Shown: positions 8,966 through 19,162 of the stretch, piece by piece
Layout of the letters: the number at the start of each line of letters is the position of its first letter
How positions within the stretch are numbered: position 1 is the stretch's first letter
From: Arthrobacter globiformis
GTDB taxonomy: Bacteria > Actinomycetota > Actinomycetes > Actinomycetales > Micrococcaceae
Assembly (NCBI RefSeq): GCF_030817195.1
Contig: NZ_JAUSYZ010000001.1
Location: 974,007 to 1,006,006, forward strand
Direction: 5' to 3'
Length of the DNA stretch: 32,000 bases
Notes under the pieces: generated by a model
Database searches by the model: none
The model's input: the letters and a program-made list of their open reading frames with translations, nothing else
Told to the model about the DNA's origin: nothing
Translations under genes and position numbers: made by a program

Positions 8966-10554
8966 TGTCCCGCTACTTTCTTGGACTGCTGGAAGAGCAA
9001 ATAGGTCATGGGCGCCGAGATCACGATCATGAGCAGCGCGTACGGCGCCGCGCCCGCGTAGTCGATTTCGCTGCTCTTGCTCCAGAACTCGGTGGCGAGG
9101 GTCCTGGTTCCGTTGGGGGAGAGCAGCAGAGTGGCGGTCAGCTCGTTGGCGATGGCGAGGAAGACCAACGCCGCACCGCCGGCCGCCGCGGGGGCGGTGA
9201 GCCGGAGCGTCACGCGGATGAAGGACAGCAGGGGAGGCGTGCCCAGGGCCTGGGCGGCCTCATCCAGTTCCTTGGGGGCCTGGGCCAGGCCGGCGCGGAT
9301 ATTCACCAGCGCGCGCGGCAGGAACAGGAGGACGTAGGCGGCGATCAGGACGCCCGCCGTCTGGTAGACGCCAGGGACCAGCCGGATGCTGACGGTGACG
9401 AAGGCCAAGGCCACCACGATGCCCGGCATGGAGCTGGTGACGTAATTGGAGAGTTCAAGTGCCTTGCTGAACCAGCTGGCGTGGCGAACGGCGAGGTACG
9501 CCATGGGGAAGGCGACAACGGTCGTGGCCGCCGCGCCGGCCAGCCCGTACAGCAGGGTCTGCCAGAGGGCCGGAACGAACTCGTCGGCGGCCCAGATTTC
9601 CGCCCCGCCGGCAAGGATCCAGCGCAGCACGAACAGCAGCGGGAGCCCGAAGGCAAGCAGGGTCAGCGCGAGCAGAGCCAGCTGGGCCGGCGCCTGGTAG
9701 CTGTGCAGGGGCAGGCGCAGGGCCTTTGCCTGTGCGCCGGATCCAACGCGGGCGTACCGGGCGGTGCCGCGGCTGCGCACCTCAACGAGGAGCAGGACCA
9801 GGCAGAAGAACACCAGCACGCTGGCCAGCATGGTGCCCGCCGCGCCGTTGAACGTGGACTGGTACTGCACCATGATGGCGGTGGTGAACGTGTCGAAGCG
9901 GATCATCGCGAAGGCGCCGTACTCGGCCAGCAGGTGCAGCGCCACCAGCAGTCCGCCGCCCGTCATCGCAATCCGGAGCTGCGGCAGGACCACCCGGAAA
10001 AACGCCCGCCAGGCTCCCAGTCCAAGGGACGCAGCCGACTGCTCCACGGCAGGATCCAGCCGGCTGAGCGTCGCGGCAGCGGGAATGTAGACCAACGGGA
10101 AGTAGGAGAGCGTGGCGATGAGCACGCCCGAAAACAGGCCGTGCAGGGACGGCACGGCGGAAACCCACGCATAGCTGTTGACGAACGCGGGGATGGCCAG
10201 CGGCGCCGCGAGCAGCACCGCCCACACCTTCTGCCCGCGCAGCGTGGTCCGTTCCACGAGCCACGCCCCGCCCACACCCAGGATGAGGCACAGCGGCACC
10301 GTGAGCACTATCAGGAGCACGGTGTTGAGCAGCAGTTCGCCAACGCGCGGCCGCACGATCAGTTCAAGGGCGGTGTCCCAGCCCGTGGCCGCGGTCATGA
10401 CCGCGACGTAGCCGAGCGGGACGAGGGCGAACAGGGCGATCAGCATCGCCATGACGGCTACCGCGGAAACGCCGAAAGGCGGGCGGGGGCGCTTGCCCCG
10501 GCCCGCCGTCGTCGTGCTTCCGGATGTCTCCGGCGCCGATACTTGCGTGGTCAC
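8962..10554 (-). CDS. fbpB: Fe(III) ABC transporter permease with duplicated transmembrane halves
   Basis: 530 aa, polytopic. Two EAA-type loops are present (EQSAASLGLGAWRAFFRVVLPQL and DEAAQALGTPPLLSFIRVTLRL). It lies between fbpA-like and fbpC-like genes. Confidence 0.8.
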   Translation of the reverse strand: MTTQVSAPETSGSTTTAGRGKRPRPPFGVSAVAVMAMLIALFALVPLGYVAVMTAATGWDTALELIVRPRVGELLLNTVLLIVLTVPLCLILGVGGAWLVERTTLRGQKVWAVLLAAPLAIPAFVNSYAWVSAVPSLHGLFSGVLIATLSYFPLVYIPAAATLSRLDPAVEQSAASLGLGAWRAFFRVVLPQLRIAMTGGGLLVALHLLAEYGAFAMIRFDTFTTAIMVQYQSTFNGAAGTMLASVLVFFCLVLLLVEVRSRGTARYARVGSGAQAKALRLPLHSYQAPAQLALLALTLLAFGLPLLFVLRWILAGGAEIWAADEFVPALWQTLLYGLAGAAATTVVAFPMAYLAVRHASWFSKALELSNYVTSSMPGIVVALAFVTVSIRLVPGVYQTAGVLIAAYVLLFLPRALVNIRAGLAQAPKELDEAAQALGTPPLLSFIRVTLRLTAPAAAGGAALVFLAIANELTATLLLSPNGTRTLATEFWSKSSEIDYAGAAPYALLMIVISAPMTYLLFQQSKKVAGQ

Positions 10555-10558
10555 AGAA

Positions 10559-11605
10559 TTAGAGCAGTCCTGCCTTGGTCATCAGTTCGGTGACCTTCTC
10601 GGAGTTCAGCTTGGCGGGGTCCACGGCGGGAGCCTCGAGTTCCTTGACGGGAACCAGCTTCTCGTTGGCGGGGACGCCGGAGGCGATGGCGTATTCGAAG
10701 GACGTGCCCTTCTGCAGGACTTCCTGGCCCTTCTTGCCGGTGATGAACTTCAGGAAGGCCTGGGCGTTTTCAGCGTTCTTCGAGGACTTCAGCACGCCGC
10801 CGCCGGAGACGGACAGGAACGCGCCCGGGTCCTGGTTCTTGAAGTAGTACGGCGTGACGTTCTTGGAGTTCTCGCCCGTCTTCGCCTGGTCGCCGTAGTA
10901 GTAGTAGTGGTAGATCAGCGCGGCGTCGACCTCGCCGGCGTTCACCGCCTTCATGGCGGTGCTGTTGCCCTTGTAGGCAGTGAAGTTTTCCTTCATGCCC
11001 TTCAGCCATTCCTCGGCAGCGGCTTCACCCTTGAGCTCAACGAGCGCGGAGACGATGGCCTGGAAGTCAGCGCCGCTGGGGGAGGCTGCCCACTTGCCCT
11101 TCCACTCCGGCTTGGCCAGGTCAAGCATGGACTTCGGCAGCTTGTCCTCGGTCAGCTTGGACTTGTCGTAGACCAGGACGGTGGAACGGGCTGCAATGCC
11201 GGTCCACTTGTTCGTGCTGGGGCGGAACTCCGCCGGAACCTGGGCGATGGTGTCCTTGTTGACGTCGGCGAACAGGCCGGCGTTCTCCACCTGCGCCATT
11301 GCGGGGGAGTTTTCAGTGAGGAAGACGTCCGCCGGTGAGGCCGCGCCTTCCTGGACGATCTGGTTGGACATCTCGGTGTCGTCACCTTGGCGGAGCGTCA
11401 CCTTGATGCCGGTTTCCGCCGTGAAAGCATCCACCCATTCCTTGGTGAGGCTTTCGTGCTGGGCGTTGTAGACCGTGATCTCGCCCTTGGAGGCGTCAGC
11501 GGAAGACGTGGCAGCGGGGGAGGTGCTGGAGCCGCAGGCCGAGAGGCCGAGGGCTGCGGTGGCGGCAATCGCGATGCCGGCCAGCGCGTTGATGCGGATC
11601 TTCAT
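10559..11605 (-). CDS. fbpA: Fe(III)-binding periplasmic-type lipoprotein, FbpA family
   Basis: Lipobox LSAC. The sequence is collinear with Haemophilus/Neisseria FbpA as I remember it (ITVYNAQHE, SPADVF, LKGEAAA..WLKG, a Tyr cluster YHYYYY at the position of the Tyr-Tyr iron ligands, DPGA..SGGGVLKSS). Confidence 0.85.
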   Translation of the reverse strand: MKIRINALAGIAIAATAALGLSACGSSTSPAATSSADASKGEITVYNAQHESLTKEWVDAFTAETGIKVTLRQGDDTEMSNQIVQEGAASPADVFLTENSPAMAQVENAGLFADVNKDTIAQVPAEFRPSTNKWTGIAARSTVLVYDKSKLTEDKLPKSMLDLAKPEWKGKWAASPSGADFQAIVSALVELKGEAAAEEWLKGMKENFTAYKGNSTAMKAVNAGEVDAALIYHYYYYGDQAKTGENSKNVTPYYFKNQDPGAFLSVSGGGVLKSSKNAENAQAFLKFITGKKGQEVLQKGTSFEYAIASGVPANEKLVPVKELEAPAVDPAKLNSEKVTELMTKAGLL

Positions 11606-11662
11606 CGGGGTGCTTCTTTCTGCAAAAGTCTCGTGGGCGAGGCCCTTCGTGAGCTGGGGAAG

Positions 11663-11681
11663 TTAGGTAAAGCTCACTCGA
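11663..11681 (+). promoter_or_regulatory. Possible second, weaker iron-box half-site
   Basis: TTAGGTAAAGCTCACTCGA matches the consensus well in the left half (TTAGGTaAaGC) and poorly in the right half, about 12 of 19 overall. Confidence 0.3.
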
Positions 11682-11687
11682 AAAACT

Positions 11688-11706
11688 GTAGGTTAGCCAA
11701 ACCTAA
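11688..11706 (-). promoter_or_regulatory. IdeR/DtxR-type iron box upstream of fbpA
   Basis: The minus strand reads TTAGGTTTGGCTAACCTAC, which matches 17 of 19 positions of the IdeR consensus TTAGGTTAGGCTAACCTAA. It lies 83-101 nt upstream of the fbpA ATG, in an AT-rich island. Confidence 0.7.
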
Positions 11707-11769
11707 GCACCAAGCGATAGTGGCGTTTAAGTGAGGAGGATCACATCAATTACGACACTGTTGCGTGTC

Positions 11770-13023
11770 CTATTTACCTGATTGCCGCACGTTACCTGAT
11801 TGCCGCACGTTCGCTGACGCGGACGCCGCGGCTTCCAGTGCCATCCAGGCCTGAAGCTGGGTGGAAAGTTCGACGGCGGCACCCCGCGGGTAGGTGCCGC
11901 CCGCTGGCCGCCTCGGTTCGAAAGAGAAGATGGGGTCCCCCGCCCGGCCGTGCCGGGCCAGCGGCTCGCCTGCCGCAATCGGCCGGCGGCCGGACCAGAG
12001 GGCGCCGGCCGTTCCGGTGACCAGCCCGGCGGCGGCGGTCCGGACTTCCCGCGGCAGCCGTTGGTCGTTGGCGGCCAGCGCCAGGTAGCCGGTGAGGATG
12101 CCGGTAAACAGCCCGCCATCGCCGGTACCGTCGCAGCGGAGGACCATGGGGTTGGCGGGGTTGGCGGCGGCAGCCTCCGGCAGGGTGAGGTGTGTTGCCA
12201 CGGCGCGGACCACGGTTGCGGCGCGTTCCAGGTTGGCGGTGCCGCCGAGTTCCAGCAGGGCGCCCAGGACGGGCCCCTGGTTGTACGTGTAGATGGCGTC
12301 CTCCAGCACGGTCTCCCCGGTGTTGCGGACCCGGATCCCGTCCAGGTAGAGCCCGCGGGCGGGGTCGAACAGCCGCGCATCCAGCCAGTCGAGCAGGGCC
12401 TGCGCCTTGGCGGTGTTGCCCGTGCGTGCATAGTAGAGCGCCACCGGTGCCGTGGCGGGGGTGTTCTTGAAGTCCCGCTTGGTGCTCCAGAACGTGCCGC
12501 CGCCCAGGTCGTCGGTGGATGCCGAGTCGAACTGCAGCGTCAAACTCTTGCGGATTCTCTCCTGCCGCCGGGGGCTGGGCCTGCGGCTCTCCTCGGCCAG
12601 CCCCTCCAGCCGGAGCGTGGACAGGGCCAGCCAGGCCATGTCGTCGTAGTAGTGGTTGACGAACGTCAGGAAATTCCGCAGCCGGATGCCGGTGACCAGC
12701 CGTGACGCGAGCTGGCCGGCGCTGGGGCGGCTGGCGCCGTCGAACTTTTCCGGCGGGCGCCCCGCCCTCCCAAGTTCCCGAAAGCCGGCGTCTACCAGGC
12801 AGTCCAGGTAATGTGCTTGCCACCAGTAGTGCCATGGGCGGCGGAGGTTCTCGATGCGGCCGGACGGCCGGGCGGTGGCGGCGATGTGTGTCCCGGGCAG
12901 GAAGAACAGCCGCTGGCCGAACAGGTGCGTTACCGACCGTGCGGCAACGTCGGCCCGCTCTGCCCAAGCCGTCGCAGAGGCGGGCATGGCATCCGGGGTG
13001 GCGTCAGCATCTGGCTGGGTCAT
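11770..13023 (-). CDS. Glycoside hydrolase family 76-like protein, no signal peptide
   Basis: 417 aa. Blocks I associate with GH76: WHYWWQAHYLD, YYDDMAWLAL, GGTFWS. The C-terminus carries a perfect 18-bp in-frame duplication (NVRQSG twice). Confidence 0.6.
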   Translation of the reverse strand: MTQPDADATPDAMPASATAWAERADVAARSVTHLFGQRLFFLPGTHIAATARPSGRIENLRRPWHYWWQAHYLDCLVDAGFRELGRAGRPPEKFDGASRPSAGQLASRLVTGIRLRNFLTFVNHYYDDMAWLALSTLRLEGLAEESRRPSPRRQERIRKSLTLQFDSASTDDLGGGTFWSTKRDFKNTPATAPVALYYARTGNTAKAQALLDWLDARLFDPARGLYLDGIRVRNTGETVLEDAIYTYNQGPVLGALLELGGTANLERAATVVRAVATHLTLPEAAAANPANPMVLRCDGTGDGGLFTGILTGYLALAANDQRLPREVRTAAAGLVTGTAGALWSGRRPIAAGEPLARHGRAGDPIFSFEPRRPAGGTYPRGAAVELSTQLQAWMALEAAASASANVRQSGNVRQSGK

Positions 13024-13195
13024 GCGGCCAGCCTAGCGAACTGCCTGGCGGCGGGCGTGGGGCATGGAGGTGGGCGGCCTGGCGGACCATGCGCCGAGGG
13101 ATGCATCCGCCGCCCATTTCAGTTAACATTCACTAACTAACGTTCGCGGCCGGGATCCGGATCCGCATCGACCGGTTCCGCATCAAGGAGGATGT

Positions 13196-14014
13196 ATGGA
13201 AATCGAGGGTTCCGTCGCGCTCATCACGGGCGGTGCATCCGGCCTGGGCGCTGCCACGGCCCGGCGGCTGTTCGACGCCGGCGCTTCGGTGGTGCTAGCT
13301 GACCTCGGTTCCTCGGCCGGTGCCGCCTACGCCGACGAGCTGAACGCGGCCGGCCCGCAGAACCTTGCGGGCCATCAGGCGGCAGCCCCCAAAGCCGTTT
13401 TCATTCCGGCGGACGTGACCAGCGAGGAGCAGGTGCAGGCCGCCGTCGACGCAGCCGTCGGGCTGGGACCGCTGCGGATCGTGGTTAATTGCGCCGGCAT
13501 CGCCACGCCGGGCAAGGTCCTGGGGCGCGACGGCGTGCTGCCGCTGGAGACCTTCCAGCGCGTCATCCAGATCAACCTGGTGGGGACCTTCAACGTGGTC
13601 CGGCTGGCCGCCGCCGCGATGGCCGCCACCGAGCCCGCTGCTACCGAGCTCGGCGGGGAGGAGCGCGGAGTCATCATCAACACCGCCTCGGTGGCCGCGT
13701 TCGACGGACAGATCGGCCAGCCTGCCTACGCCGCGTCCAAGGGCGGCGTGGCCGCCATGACCCTGCCGCTGGCCCGCGAACTGGCCCGGTCCCTCATCCG
13801 TGTGGTGACGATCGCGCCCGGGATTTTCGAGACCCCGATGATGGCCGGACTGCCCCAGGATGCCCAGGAGTCACTGGGCCGGCAGGTGCCGCACCCGTCC
13901 CGCCTTGGCCGGCCCGCGGAGTACGCCAACCTCGCCGCGCACATCGTGGAGAACGCCATGCTCAACGGCGAAACCATCCGCCTCGACGGCGCCATCCGGA
14001 TGGGCCCGAAGTGA
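13196..14014 (+). CDS. Short-chain dehydrogenase/reductase, 3-hydroxyacyl-CoA dehydrogenase type-2-like
   Basis: AAGGAGGA lies upstream of the ATG. Cofactor motif TGGASGLG and catalytic Y-x3-K (YAASKGG) are present. The stop overlaps the next gene's GTG. Confidence 0.8.
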   Translation: MEIEGSVALITGGASGLGAATARRLFDAGASVVLADLGSSAGAAYADELNAAGPQNLAGHQAAAPKAVFIPADVTSEEQVQAAVDAAVGLGPLRIVVNCAGIATPGKVLGRDGVLPLETFQRVIQINLVGTFNVVRLAAAAMAATEPAATELGGEERGVIINTASVAAFDGQIGQPAYAASKGGVAAMTLPLARELARSLIRVVTIAPGIFETPMMAGLPQDAQESLGRQVPHPSRLGRPAEYANLAAHIVENAMLNGETIRLDGAIRMGPK

Positions 14015-15216
14015 CACAGGCCACCGGGGTTCAGGCCCTGCCCACCGCCGACTTTTTCGGCTACGAGTCCCTGCTCAACGACTCCGAGCAGCGGAAGCTG
14101 GGCGAGCTGCGGGAGTTCCTGGCCGTGGAGATCGCGCCGTTCGCGGGGGACTGGTGGAACAAGGCCGAATTTCCGGGGCACATCCTCCCCAAGCTCGCCG
14201 CCCTGGAGCTGAGCACGCCCGCCCAGCGCGGCTACAGCCACCTGTTCGCCGGGCTGGTGATCGCGGAGATGACGCGCGTGGACACGTCGATCGCCACGTT
14301 TTTCCTGGTCCACCACGACCTCTTCGTCGAGTCGCTCTACCGCTTCGGCTCCGAGGACCAGCGCACCCGGTACCTCGACGACGCCTCGAACCTCAGGACG
14401 ACGGGCGCGTTTGCGCTGACCGAACCCGGTCACGGCTCGGACGTCGCCGGCGGCATGGAGACGCGGGCGCGCCGGATATCGAGCCGTACCGGAGAAGCCG
14501 ACGCCGGCGGGGACTGCTGGGTGCTGAACGGCGCCAAGCGGTGGATCGGCAACGGGACGTTCTGCGACTACATGCTGGTGTGGGCGCGGGATGAAGCCGA
14601 CGGTGCGGTCCGCGGCTTCATTGTGGACGCCAGCCTGCCCGGGGTGGGCCGGAGCCGGATCGAGAACAAGATCGCGCTGCGCACCGTCCAGAACGCGGAC
14701 ATCGTTTTCGAGGACGTCCGGGTGGCCGAGACCGACCGCTTTGCCGGCATCGGCAGTTTCGAGGACACCAATGAGCTGCTCCGCGGCTCACGCATCATGG
14801 TGGCGTGGCAGGCGGTGGGGCAGCAGTTGGCCGCGTTCGACGTCGCCCGGCAGTACGCCGTCGAACGCCAGCAGTTCGGCCGTCCGCTGGCGAGGTTCCA
14901 GCTCATCCAGCAGCAGCTGGTGTCCATGCTGGGCAACGCCGTGGCGAGCATGGGCATGATGGTCCGGATCGCGCAGCTGCAGGAGCAGGGTGCCGGGATG
15001 GCGCAGGTGGCGTTGGCCAAGTCCTACACATCGGCGAGGATGCGCGAAACCGTGGCGATGGGCCGGTCCATCCTGGGCGGCAACGGCATCGTCACGGACT
15101 ACCGGATGGCCAAGATCTTCGCCGACGCCGAGGCCATTTACACCTACGAGGGCTCGTACGAGATCAACACGCTGATCGTGGGCCGCGCAGTCACGGGTGT
15201 CTCCGCGATCGCCTGA
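14011..15216 (+). CDS. Acyl-CoA dehydrogenase, glutaryl-CoA-dehydrogenase-like
   Basis: The track ORF 13489..15216 is trimmed to the GTG at 14011 (GTGA overlap with the SDR stop), because its upstream part overlaps the SDR gene in another frame. Diagnostic blocks: [38 protein letters not shown]. Confidence 0.85.
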   Translation: MTQATGVQALPTADFFGYESLLNDSEQRKLGELREFLAVEIAPFAGDWWNKAEFPGHILPKLAALELSTPAQRGYSHLFAGLVIAEMTRVDTSIATFFLVHHDLFVESLYRFGSEDQRTRYLDDASNLRTTGAFALTEPGHGSDVAGGMETRARRISSRTGEADAGGDCWVLNGAKRWIGNGTFCDYMLVWARDEADGAVRGFIVDASLPGVGRSRIENKIALRTVQNADIVFEDVRVAETDRFAGIGSFEDTNELLRGSRIMVAWQAVGQQLAAFDVARQYAVERQQFGRPLARFQLIQQQLVSMLGNAVASMGMMVRIAQLQEQGAGMAQVALAKSYTSARMRETVAMGRSILGGNGIVTDYRMAKIFADAEAIYTYEGSYEINTLIVGRAVTGVSAIA

Positions 15217-15266
15217 CGCATCTCCCGCAGCGTTCGGAGCGCGAACGAACACTTGAGGCCCTGCGG

Positions 15267-15322
15267 AGCGCGAACGAACACTTGAGGCCCTGCGGTGCGG
15301 GGCTTAAGTGTTCGTTCGCGCT
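15267..15322. terminator. Long hairpin between convergent genes, likely a bidirectional factor-independent terminator or RNA-stabilising stem
   Basis: 15267..15290 pairs with 15299..15322 over 24 positions: 22 Watson-Crick pairs, 1 G-U pair and 1 mismatch. The loop is 8 nt and there is no U-tract. Confidence 0.6.
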
Positions 15323-15348
15323 TGTGGCTGGGCTGAGGGAAGGCCGGC

Positions 15349-16167
15349 TCAGGAAACGGGCTGCTTCTCCCCGGCTTCGATCCGGGCGTCGAGGCTGTTG
15401 TTCCTCACGGGCATCGGGCAGGTGCCGTACGGCGTGAAGGCACTGGGGTAGTTGATGGCGCGGTTGAAGTCCAGGACCACGGAGCCGTCCGGCCGGGGAC
15501 GCGCGGTGGACACCTTGCGCCACTCGTCGGTCGATTCGCCGTTGGTTTCGTCGTGGAACGTGACCGTAAGGGCGCCGAGCTTCTCTTCTTCAGCATGAAG
15601 CCGGTACTCGTGGTCCTTGCCGGGCAGCCGGAAGACCAGTTCCCCGACGCTGCGGTGCACCCCGTCCACCAGCGGGTTCGCGGTTGCAATCGGAACGTCC
15701 TCCGGCTCGGGAAACGCCTCAAACCGTGCTTCAACCACCAAGTCGGGCCGGTAATCGAAGGTGGGCACGCCGTCGAACTCGGTGAACACCGGCGACGTCG
15801 AATCGCGGGTACGGACCGCATACCTGTCGGCGCGCATCGCCAGCTCCACCACTACCTGTTTGCCGTCCTCGCCGCCGAACTGCACCCACATGAGGGACTC
15901 CTCGTTGGCGAGCACTGCCGTGATCGTCCCGTCCACCGGTTCCCCGGTTTCCACGAGTGTCAGCCCGTCGGACGCCGCGGCGGTGAGCGTCGCCGTCGTT
16001 ACGTCCGCTGACCACAGCCCGGGGACGAGGTCGACAGCGGCCGGCTGACTTTCCAGCCACTGGAACGACGTGAGGGTGAGCCAGCCGTGTTCGGCCGCGA
16101 GGGCGGTATTGCGGCCTTTGCGGAAGCGGAGCCAGCGCTCCAGCTGGGCGTCTGCTGCGGTGCTCAT
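15349..16167 (-). CDS. DUF1684-family protein
   Basis: The track ORF is trimmed to the ATG at 16167, which follows GGAGGA. Family-like blocks include HGWLTLTSFQWL and a C-terminal YPSAFTPYGTCPMPVRNNSLDARIEAGEK. Confidence 0.65.
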   Translation of the reverse strand: MSTAADAQLERWLRFRKGRNTALAAEHGWLTLTSFQWLESQPAAVDLVPGLWSADVTTATLTAAASDGLTLVETGEPVDGTITAVLANEESLMWVQFGGEDGKQVVVELAMRADRYAVRTRDSTSPVFTEFDGVPTFDYRPDLVVEARFEAFPEPEDVPIATANPLVDGVHRSVGELVFRLPGKDHEYRLHAEEEKLGALTVTFHDETNGESTDEWRKVSTARPRPDGSVVLDFNRAINYPSAFTPYGTCPMPVRNNSLDARIEAGEKQPVS

Positions 16168-16335
16168 GTGTCCTCCATACCGCGACCGGCTGTTCGGGTT
16201 CAAGGGCGCGACAACATCTGAGACATATTCCCGGCTCCGGCCTGCTGCGGGTAACATCCCATAGGAACAGTAACCCGGCTCACAGTATCCAGCGCAGTGT
16301 ACGAGCCAAAGTCGAACACTCGAAAGATAGTTTCC

Positions 16336-19146
16336 ATGGCTGACACTGCAATGAATTCAGAAACAGATCTCGCCGCCGAACTCCGCGCCGATGTGCGCCG
16401 CGTTTCCACCCTGCTGGGTGAATCGCTGGTCCGCCAGCACGGACCCGAACTCCTTGACCTCGTGGAGCAGGTGCGCCTGCTCACCAAGGAATCCAAGGAA
16501 GCCGCCCGGGGCGGCGCGCACGCCACAGGTCCGTGGAGCGCGCACGACGTCGTTGCCCAGGTCCGCGAGCTGCTCGCCTCCCTGCCGCTCGAGCAGGCGA
16601 CCGACCTGGTCCGCGCCTTCGCCTTCTACTTCCACCTCGCCAACGCCGCCGAGCAGGTCCACCGGGTCCGCCGGTTGCGCACCCGGCAGGAGAAGGACGG
16701 CTGGCTGGCCAAGGCCGTCGAGGACATCGCGGGGCAGGCCGGCCCGGCGGTGCTGCAGGAAGTCGTCAACGAACTGGATGTGCGGCCGATCTTCACTGCG
16801 CACCCCACCGAAGCCTCCCGCCGTTCCGTGCTGGACAAGATCCGCAAGCTCTCGGACGTCCTGGCCCAGCCCACGGAGGAGGGCACCAGCGCCCGGCGCC
16901 GGCAGGACCGCCAGCTGTCGGAGATGATTGACCAGATGTGGCAGACGGACGAGCTGCGCCAGGTCCGGCCAACTCCCGTGGACGAGGCCCGCAACGCCAT
17001 CTACTACCTCAACAGCATCCTGACGGACGCGCTGCCGGAGATGCTCACGGATTTCTCGGAACTCCTCAACGAGCACGGTGTTGCGCTGCCGGCCCACAAC
17101 GCCCCGATTCGGTTTGGTTCCTGGATCGGCGGTGACCGCGACGGCAACCCGAACGTCACCGCGGCGGTGACCCATGAGATCCTGCAGCTCCAGAACCAGA
17201 ACGCCGTGCGGATCAGCATCGCCATGATCGACGAGCTCATCTCGATCCTGTCCAACTCCACGGCCCTCGCCGGCGCCGACCAGGCACTGCTCGATTCGAT
17301 CGACGCCGACCTCGCGAAGCTGCCCGGACTGGACCGCCGCATCCTGGAGCTCAACGCCCAGGAGCCCTACCGGCTGAAGCTGACCTGCATCAAGGCCAAG
17401 CTCATAAACACCGGCAAGCGGGTTGCGTCCGGAGCCAAGCACCAGCCCGGCCGCGACTACACCTCCACCGAGGAGCTCATCGGCGAACTCGAGCTGCTGG
17501 AACTGTCCCTGCGCAACCACTCGGCGTCCCTCGCCGCGGACGGCGCGCTGGCCCGTGTCCGCCGGGCCATCGCCTCCTTCGGCCTCCACCTCGCCACCCT
17601 CGACATCCGCGAGCACGCAGACCACCACCATGACGCCGTCGGGCAGCTCATGGACCGCCTCGGTGGTCCCGGCATTCGCTATGCCGAGCTGACCCGGGGC
17701 GAGCGCCTCGAGGTCCTCAGCGCGGAGCTCGCCTCCCGCCGTCCGCTGTCCGGCCACCCGATCAAGCTCGACGGCGCCGCTGACGGAACGTACGACGTCT
17801 TCCGGGAGATCCGCCGTGCCCTGCGCACGTACGGCCCGGACGTCATCGAGACCTACATCATCTCCATGACGCGCGGCGCCGACGACGTCCTGGCCGCCGC
17901 CGTGCTGGCGCGCGAGGCCGGCCTGGTCAGCCTCTTCGGCGATGCGCCGTACGCCAAGATCGGCTTCGCGCCGCTGCTGGAAACGGTTGAGGAGCTGCGG
18001 GCCTCGGCGGAAATCGTGGACGAGCTGCTGTCCGACCCGTCCTACCGCGAGCTGGTCCGGCTGCGCGGGGACGTCCAGGAAGTCATGCTCGGCTACTCGG
18101 ACTCCAACAAGGAATCCGGCGTGATGACCAGCCAGTGGGAAATCCACAAGACCCAGCGCAAGCTGCGCGACATCGCCGCCAAGCACGGCGTCCGGGTGCG
18201 CCTGTTCCACGGCCGCGGCGGTTCCGTGGGCCGGGGCGGCGGACCCACCTACGACGCCATCATGGCGCAGCCCAACGGCGTCCTCGAGGGCGAAATCAAG
18301 TTCACCGAACAGGGCGAGGTCATCTCGGACAAGTACTCCCTGCCGGAACTTGCCCGCGAAAACCTGGAGCTGTCCCTGGCCGCCGTGCTGCAGGGGTCTG
18401 CGCTGCACCGCACGCCGCGCACATCCGAGGACCAGCGCGAGCGTTTCGGGCACGTCATGGAGACGATCTCCGACGCCGCGTTTGCCCGTTACCGCAGCCT
18501 TATCGACCACCCGGACCTGCCCGCGTACTTCCTGGCCTCGACGCCGGTGGAGCAGCTCGGTTCGCTGAACATCGGCTCCCGCCCGTCCAAGCGCCCGGAT
18601 TCCGGTGCGGGGCTGGGCGGCCTGCGCGCCATCCCGTGGGTGTTCGGCTGGACCCAGTCGCGGCAGATCGTGCCGGGCTGGTTCGGCGTCGGCTCCGGGC
18701 TGAAGGCGGCGCGTGAAGCAGGCAACTCCGCCCAGCTTGTGGAGATGATGCACGGCTGGCACTTCTTCCGCTCCGTGCTTTCCAACGTGGAGATGACCCT
18801 GGCCAAGACGGACATGGAGATCGCGGGATACTACGTTGACACCCTGGTCCCGGCGGAACTGCACCACCTTTTCCGCGCCATCCGTGACGAGTACGAACTC
18901 ACCGTCGCCGAGATCCAGAACCTCACCGGCGAGAACGTGCTCCTGGATGCCCAGCCCACGCTCAAGCGGTCCCTGGAAATCCGCGACCAGTACCTCGACC
19001 CGATCAGCTACCTCCAGGTGGAACTGCTCCGCCGCGTGCGTGCAGAGGGTGCCAGCATTTCCGGCGGCGAGATCGACGAGCGCCTGCAGCGGGCCATGCT
19101 CATCACCGTCAACGGCGTAGCAGCAGGCCTCCGCAACACCGGATAG
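16336..19146 (+). CDS. ppc: Phosphoenolpyruvate carboxylase
   Basis: About 936 aa with classic PEPC blocks: [42 protein letters not shown], and the C-terminal [11 protein letters not shown]. Start is ambiguous (16297, 16336 or 16351). Confidence 0.93.
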   Translation: MADTAMNSETDLAAELRADVRRVSTLLGESLVRQHGPELLDLVEQVRLLTKESKEAARGGAHATGPWSAHDVVAQVRELLASLPLEQATDLVRAFAFYFHLANAAEQVHRVRRLRTRQEKDGWLAKAVEDIAGQAGPAVLQEVVNELDVRPIFTAHPTEASRRSVLDKIRKLSDVLAQPTEEGTSARRRQDRQLSEMIDQMWQTDELRQVRPTPVDEARNAIYYLNSILTDALPEMLTDFSELLNEHGVALPAHNAPIRFGSWIGGDRDGNPNVTAAVTHEILQLQNQNAVRISIAMIDELISILSNSTALAGADQALLDSIDADLAKLPGLDRRILELNAQEPYRLKLTCIKAKLINTGKRVASGAKHQPGRDYTSTEELIGELELLELSLRNHSASLAADGALARVRRAIASFGLHLATLDIREHADHHHDAVGQLMDRLGGPGIRYAELTRGERLEVLSAELASRRPLSGHPIKLDGAADGTYDVFREIRRALRTYGPDVIETYIISMTRGADDVLAAAVLAREAGLVSLFGDAPYAKIGFAPLLETVEELRASAEIVDELLSDPSYRELVRLRGDVQEVMLGYSDSNKESGVMTSQWEIHKTQRKLRDIAAKHGVRVRLFHGRGGSVGRGGGPTYDAIMAQPNGVLEGEIKFTEQGEVISDKYSLPELARENLELSLAAVLQGSALHRTPRTSEDQRERFGHVMETISDAAFARYRSLIDHPDLPAYFLASTPVEQLGSLNIGSRPSKRPDSGAGLGGLRAIPWVFGWTQSRQIVPGWFGVGSGLKAAREAGNSAQLVEMMHGWHFFRSVLSNVEMTLAKTDMEIAGYYVDTLVPAELHHLFRAIRDEYELTVAEIQNLTGENVLLDAQPTLKRSLEIRDQYLDPISYLQVELLRRVRAEGASISGGEIDERLQRAMLITVNGVAAGLRNTG

Positions 19147-19162
19147 CCCGCCCAGGCACCGG

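Noticed and set aside
16357-18867. 836-aa ORF antisense to ppc. Similar long antisense ORFs occur at 561..1742, 8920..10593, 24489..26309 and 28481..30652
   Set aside because: These are classic high-GC shadow ORFs. They are Arg/Gly/Pro/Ala-rich with no motifs, and each lies opposite a gene with unambiguous family signatures.
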